Shown in pieces: positions 60,175-64,000 of a stretch of DNA of 64,000 bases. A model generated the notes under the pieces. It saw nothing but the letters and a program-made list of their open reading frames with translations. It searched no databases and was not told the origin of the DNA. This stretch comes from Mobula birostris (lineage: Eukaryota). The stretch is taken from positions 97,181,064-97,245,063 of the forward strand of contig NC_092371.1 in assembly GCF_030028105.1 (NCBI RefSeq), in the 5' to 3' direction. Every line of letters starts with the position of its first letter. Positions within the stretch are counted from its first letter, which is position 1. The position numbers were made by a program, and so were the translations under genes.

Positions 60175-62420
60175 TGTGATCAGGATAGACCCACTTTTCT
60201 AGCCAATTTATCTCGGTTATACAGGATACAAATCAATAATTCTTACAATAATGTTCTATATCACCTTGTATTTTTGCCAGCAACACAGATGCGTCAACTG
60301 TTCCATAGCTTTATCTGCTCCTTGATGCTCACAAATATCATGGTACCAATACATCATCTGGTTTCTTTCACCTTCTGGCATATCCCCCTAGCTTCCCATG
60401 ACGGTAACTATACAGTCAATCTATTATAAACACACATAATATCTGAGGAATATGATTACTCCTGAAGGAAATCTCTCCTTGGATGGCTGACAGCAAAAAC
60501 TATTGCAGCAAGCTCTGCCGCTTGTGCACTTATTGGTTCAGGTAATTCGATCTCCAATACTTCCTCGTCTTCTACATATATACCACATTCTGTAAGTCTC
60601 TCTGCATCCTGAACTGGTGACGATGCATCAACAAACATCCTTAAAGAGGAACTTTCCAGTCACACGACTTTATTTTCCTCTCCTGATTTTTGATGGGAAC
60701 GAATGTCCATTCCGTACTTGGACTACTGTCACCTGACACTCAGGAGGTTCATGTAGATAAGTTAAATTGTTAGCAAGCACGTTTGTCGGGTTACCACTTT
60801 TAGCTGTGACATTATAACCCTCTAATAGCAATGCCCATCGGACTTATCCAGTTTGACTGACTGTTCCAATCTTTAACGACCATCCAAAAAAAGTTAAATT
60901 GTAGTATTCTCTGGTAAAATAGTTAGCGGATTAGGAGCCGCTAACTAATGCTTAATATGTGAAATGCTTAACTGCCCTAAACACTGCTAATAGATGATAC
61001 TCACGTGTTGCATATCCTTGGTTTACTGGAGTAAGCATTCAAGATCCATACGTCATTGGCTCCAGACGACCATGTGTCTCCTAGAGTAACACTGCTGATA
61101 TCAAGCTACTGGTGGCAGCGACCTCCAAAGGGCATGGCTCGGAACTGTTTGGTGTCTTAAGAGATGGTGCTTCTGCAAGGCGAGTGTTGAGATCTAAAAT
61201 TCTCTTATTTGTGTTCTAGTTTTCATTTCAACGAACAGTGTTTTTGAGGAGCTCCATAAGTGGGTCGGCTTTGGTGGAAAACTCATCTTGTGGTCTCTCC
61301 AAAGCCCTATCAGACGGTGAAACTACCTCGATCTCCTCACGTCAATGGGGAAATGTAGTTTAGCCACTACATCCACATGCTGTTTATCTTTCTCTCTTTT
61401 CCCGTGGACTATGACCAGTCCCAAGTAACTAAGCTGCCGCTTCATGATTTGGGCATTTTTCGGGTAAACCTTCAAAGCCATCTCCTGCAACAGTTGCAGT
61501 AGTTCTTTAAATAACTCATAATGCTCATTTCTGGACTTTGTAACAGTCGATCATCTACATATTGAATGAAACAGTGTGGAGTTGAGAAGGCTTTCAGCCC
61601 ACTAGCCAACCATTTATGAAAAATGGATGGAGAATTATTAAATCCTTGCGGCAAAACTGTCCACGTATACCGTTGCGCTTTCCAAGTGAAAGCAACTTTA
61701 TATTGACACTCTCTTTTTAATGGCACACACCATATTCTGTTGATTACATTCAGTAGTGCTACATAATTTTGCTTAATCATAGTCTCAGAACGTACGCCTA
61801 CAGTAGAGGCGTTAAAGGGATAACTTTATTCAATTCCCGGTAATCGATGGCAACCCTCCGACTTTCATCGGATTTTTGAACTGATCATAGGGGAGAATTA
61901 TTTGTATATATTATTTCTTGCAAAACTCCCTGTATTAACAAAGTCTAAATAACTTTATCTGCATCTACCTCTATTTGTCTTGGAAATCCGCATTGCTCTG
62001 GGTTTTCGGATCAAGGCGCCAGCCAATCTATAATGACTTGTCTGGTCTTTCAATCTTCCATCATATCTTCTGCCTCACTTGCACCCCGCAAAAGTACATA
62101 CCCTGTCCTCATATTATCTAACTGTAGCGTCAATAGGGACCTGCTCTCTATCAACGTTAAACTGCAAATTAATCGGTCAAAACTCAAAACTGCTTTCTTG
62201 ATAAAATCACTTCCAGAAAATGTTCCCGAGTAGTCCATAACACTTTAAAAATCTGTAAAGTATTTCTATGTTTGGTACAGCGTATAAAGGGAAATAGAAG
62301 GTCAAATAATCTCCAGCAGAAGATGTAATGACTAGCATTCGATCCATAAAACAGTGATATAACTTTGCAAGGAATAAGAAACATTATCAGATCTAAGGAC
62401 GTGGAGCAGTTTAGAATTCA
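60175..62420 (-). mobile_element. Second, truncated copy of the dual-RNase-H retrovirus-like element
   Basis: RYTWTVLPQGFNNSPSIF..FIQYVDD and VDASS..SAQAAELAAI, collinear with about 34990-37220. The integrase core and 3' part are absent. Confidence 0.8.
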
Positions 62421-62869
62421 ACAGCAATAACAACACACAATTCTCGCGCTCGCAGTGCTGGACAATGTCTGAACAGTCCCGTCAGCAATCTCATTAGAAG
62501 TCTCCCAGCACAGTTTATCAGTGCGCAGTAGGACCATGTTATTTGGTTGAGTTATCTGTCAGTTTTTAATGTGAGATGGGGAGGCCGTTGATAATTGCTT
62601 AGCGCTGTATTACACGGGGGGAAGGGCTGTTGGCAGATGAGGAGCATGAAGTGCGTTTTATGTGCATTGAATGGCCTTGCCCAACTTGGGCTGTGATGTC
62701 ACTCTCTCCCATCCGAATTTCCACCCCGTCCCCAACAACAGCCTCCCCATATTTTCTTCTCAATGTTCCCATTTATTAATCCATGTGTTTCACGGACATG
62801 TTTCATGGTCCAATGTGGCGATTTTTGAAGAGGAGGTGTGAGATGGAAGAGGAAGATTCTAGGCCTGTG

Positions 62870-63670
62870 CCTATGGACAATTCTGATAAAGTTAATGATG
62901 AAGAATTATAATCCTTTAAGTCAATTCCCCGCACTAGTGCAATAACAGTCACAAACAAGCCCGTCTTTACAACGAAAGCTACTTTATCAACCGGTGTTAT
63001 ATGGACTGGCGATCCAAGTTGTCCCATTCTATTGTGCCCAGTCTGTGGCAGACAACTTACACATGCAGCATTGTCTCCAGCAAACTAGAAAGGACCCTTA
63101 ACTACAAATCATTGCCATGTGATACGTAAAAGTGCTGATTATTTTAAACAGCTATTTGAATCTTAATACAATCAGTGTAAAGCTTTTGTCAACAAAGCCA
63201 CATTCAGTAAAAGTACTCAGGATGCAAGCTGTTTAGCAGCATAACTTATTACCCAGGAAAGGAAAGGTCACACAATTGGCGAGAACCTAATAATGCCAGC
63301 ATTATAAATTATAATGGGTAAAATGCTAGATCAAGATGCAGTGCAGTAAGTCGATGTATTAATGACATATCACATGATGCCGAAAATGTTTTGCGTGATA
63401 ATCTGGAAAACAACAACCTCTCTGTTGCTGCGTCAATGAAGTCACAAAAGAAAAGTAGTGTTGGATACAAAGCAGCTTCTTTATTCGACAAAACCAGGTA
63501 CAGCAGGCACCATATGGAGACGCTATTTGTCGAAAGGTCTGGCTGGCCCATCTTGGGATTCGGCATTTTATGTGCCAAACATCAAAGGACAATTCCGTAT
63601 TTATTAAGTATAGAAAATAGTTATTTGAAACTACATACAAATCTCACACCTCCAGAATCACCTCCACACC
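62870..63670 (+). mobile_element. Truncated paralog of the Buster-type hAT transposase 5' part
   Basis: Collinear with about 40200-41030. Confidence 0.75.
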
Positions 63671-64000
63671 ACAGACATCCAAATAAATGTTTAAGCCTGA
63701 TCTTACGTCCGCGACAGTGACAGTAGATTCACGTGCATCATATCATACCCGTCCGTTCTGCATAAAGCGTGGATAGAATCTATGAAATTCCTCGGGAAAG
63801 ACTGTGCTATTTTCGGCGATGTTGCCCATTTGATTGGGTAATCCTTTAAAATATGTAAGGACTGCTATAGCAACGGCTGGACCGAGACTCGACTGTGGAC
63901 TGGGATAGTCTCTTAACATCTTTATGGAAGTTACAGTTTGATTTCTTATCGGGTCAGGGTTACATGATTTTAATGCTGCAGACCTACACTTCAGAAGAGA

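Overview
Eukaryotic genomic DNA from a cartilaginous fish (inferred from the gene type and repeat content), covering part of an immunoglobulin light-chain locus in cluster organisation. There are three tandem leader / germline-joined VJ / C clusters on the minus strand, of the lambda (type II / NS3) class. No RSS lies between V and J. Cluster 1 (C 4076-4419, VJ 8644-8991, L 9083-9131) is a pseudogene with a stop in the leader, a stop in FR3 and loss of the conserved Trp. Cluster 2 (C 26806-27128, VJ 29995-30335, L 30427-30472) carries a single 1-nt frameshift. Cluster 3 (C 52585-52907, VJ 55734-56075, L 56161-56209) is intact and encodes 237 aa. A fourth, V-only relic lies at about 21.6 kb. 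Clusters 2 and 3 belong to a segmental duplication offset by about 25.8 kb, and cluster 1 sits between two copies of a 3-kb direct repeat. The rest is decayed mobile DNA: CR1 and Rex1/Babar LINEs, Penelope elements, tRNA-derived SINEs, hAT transposases, a full-length chromodomain Gypsy with visible Tf1-type self-priming complementarity, a solo LTR with a perfect 28-bp minisatellite, and a dual-RNase-H retrovirus-like element. The least explained signals are a relic reading frame with synonymous-change bias 3' of the C exons (three copies, one inverted), near-identical tracts between clusters 2 and 3, and a three-motif promoter footprint shared by divergent V genes. All identities and counts are hand estimates and no database searches were run.
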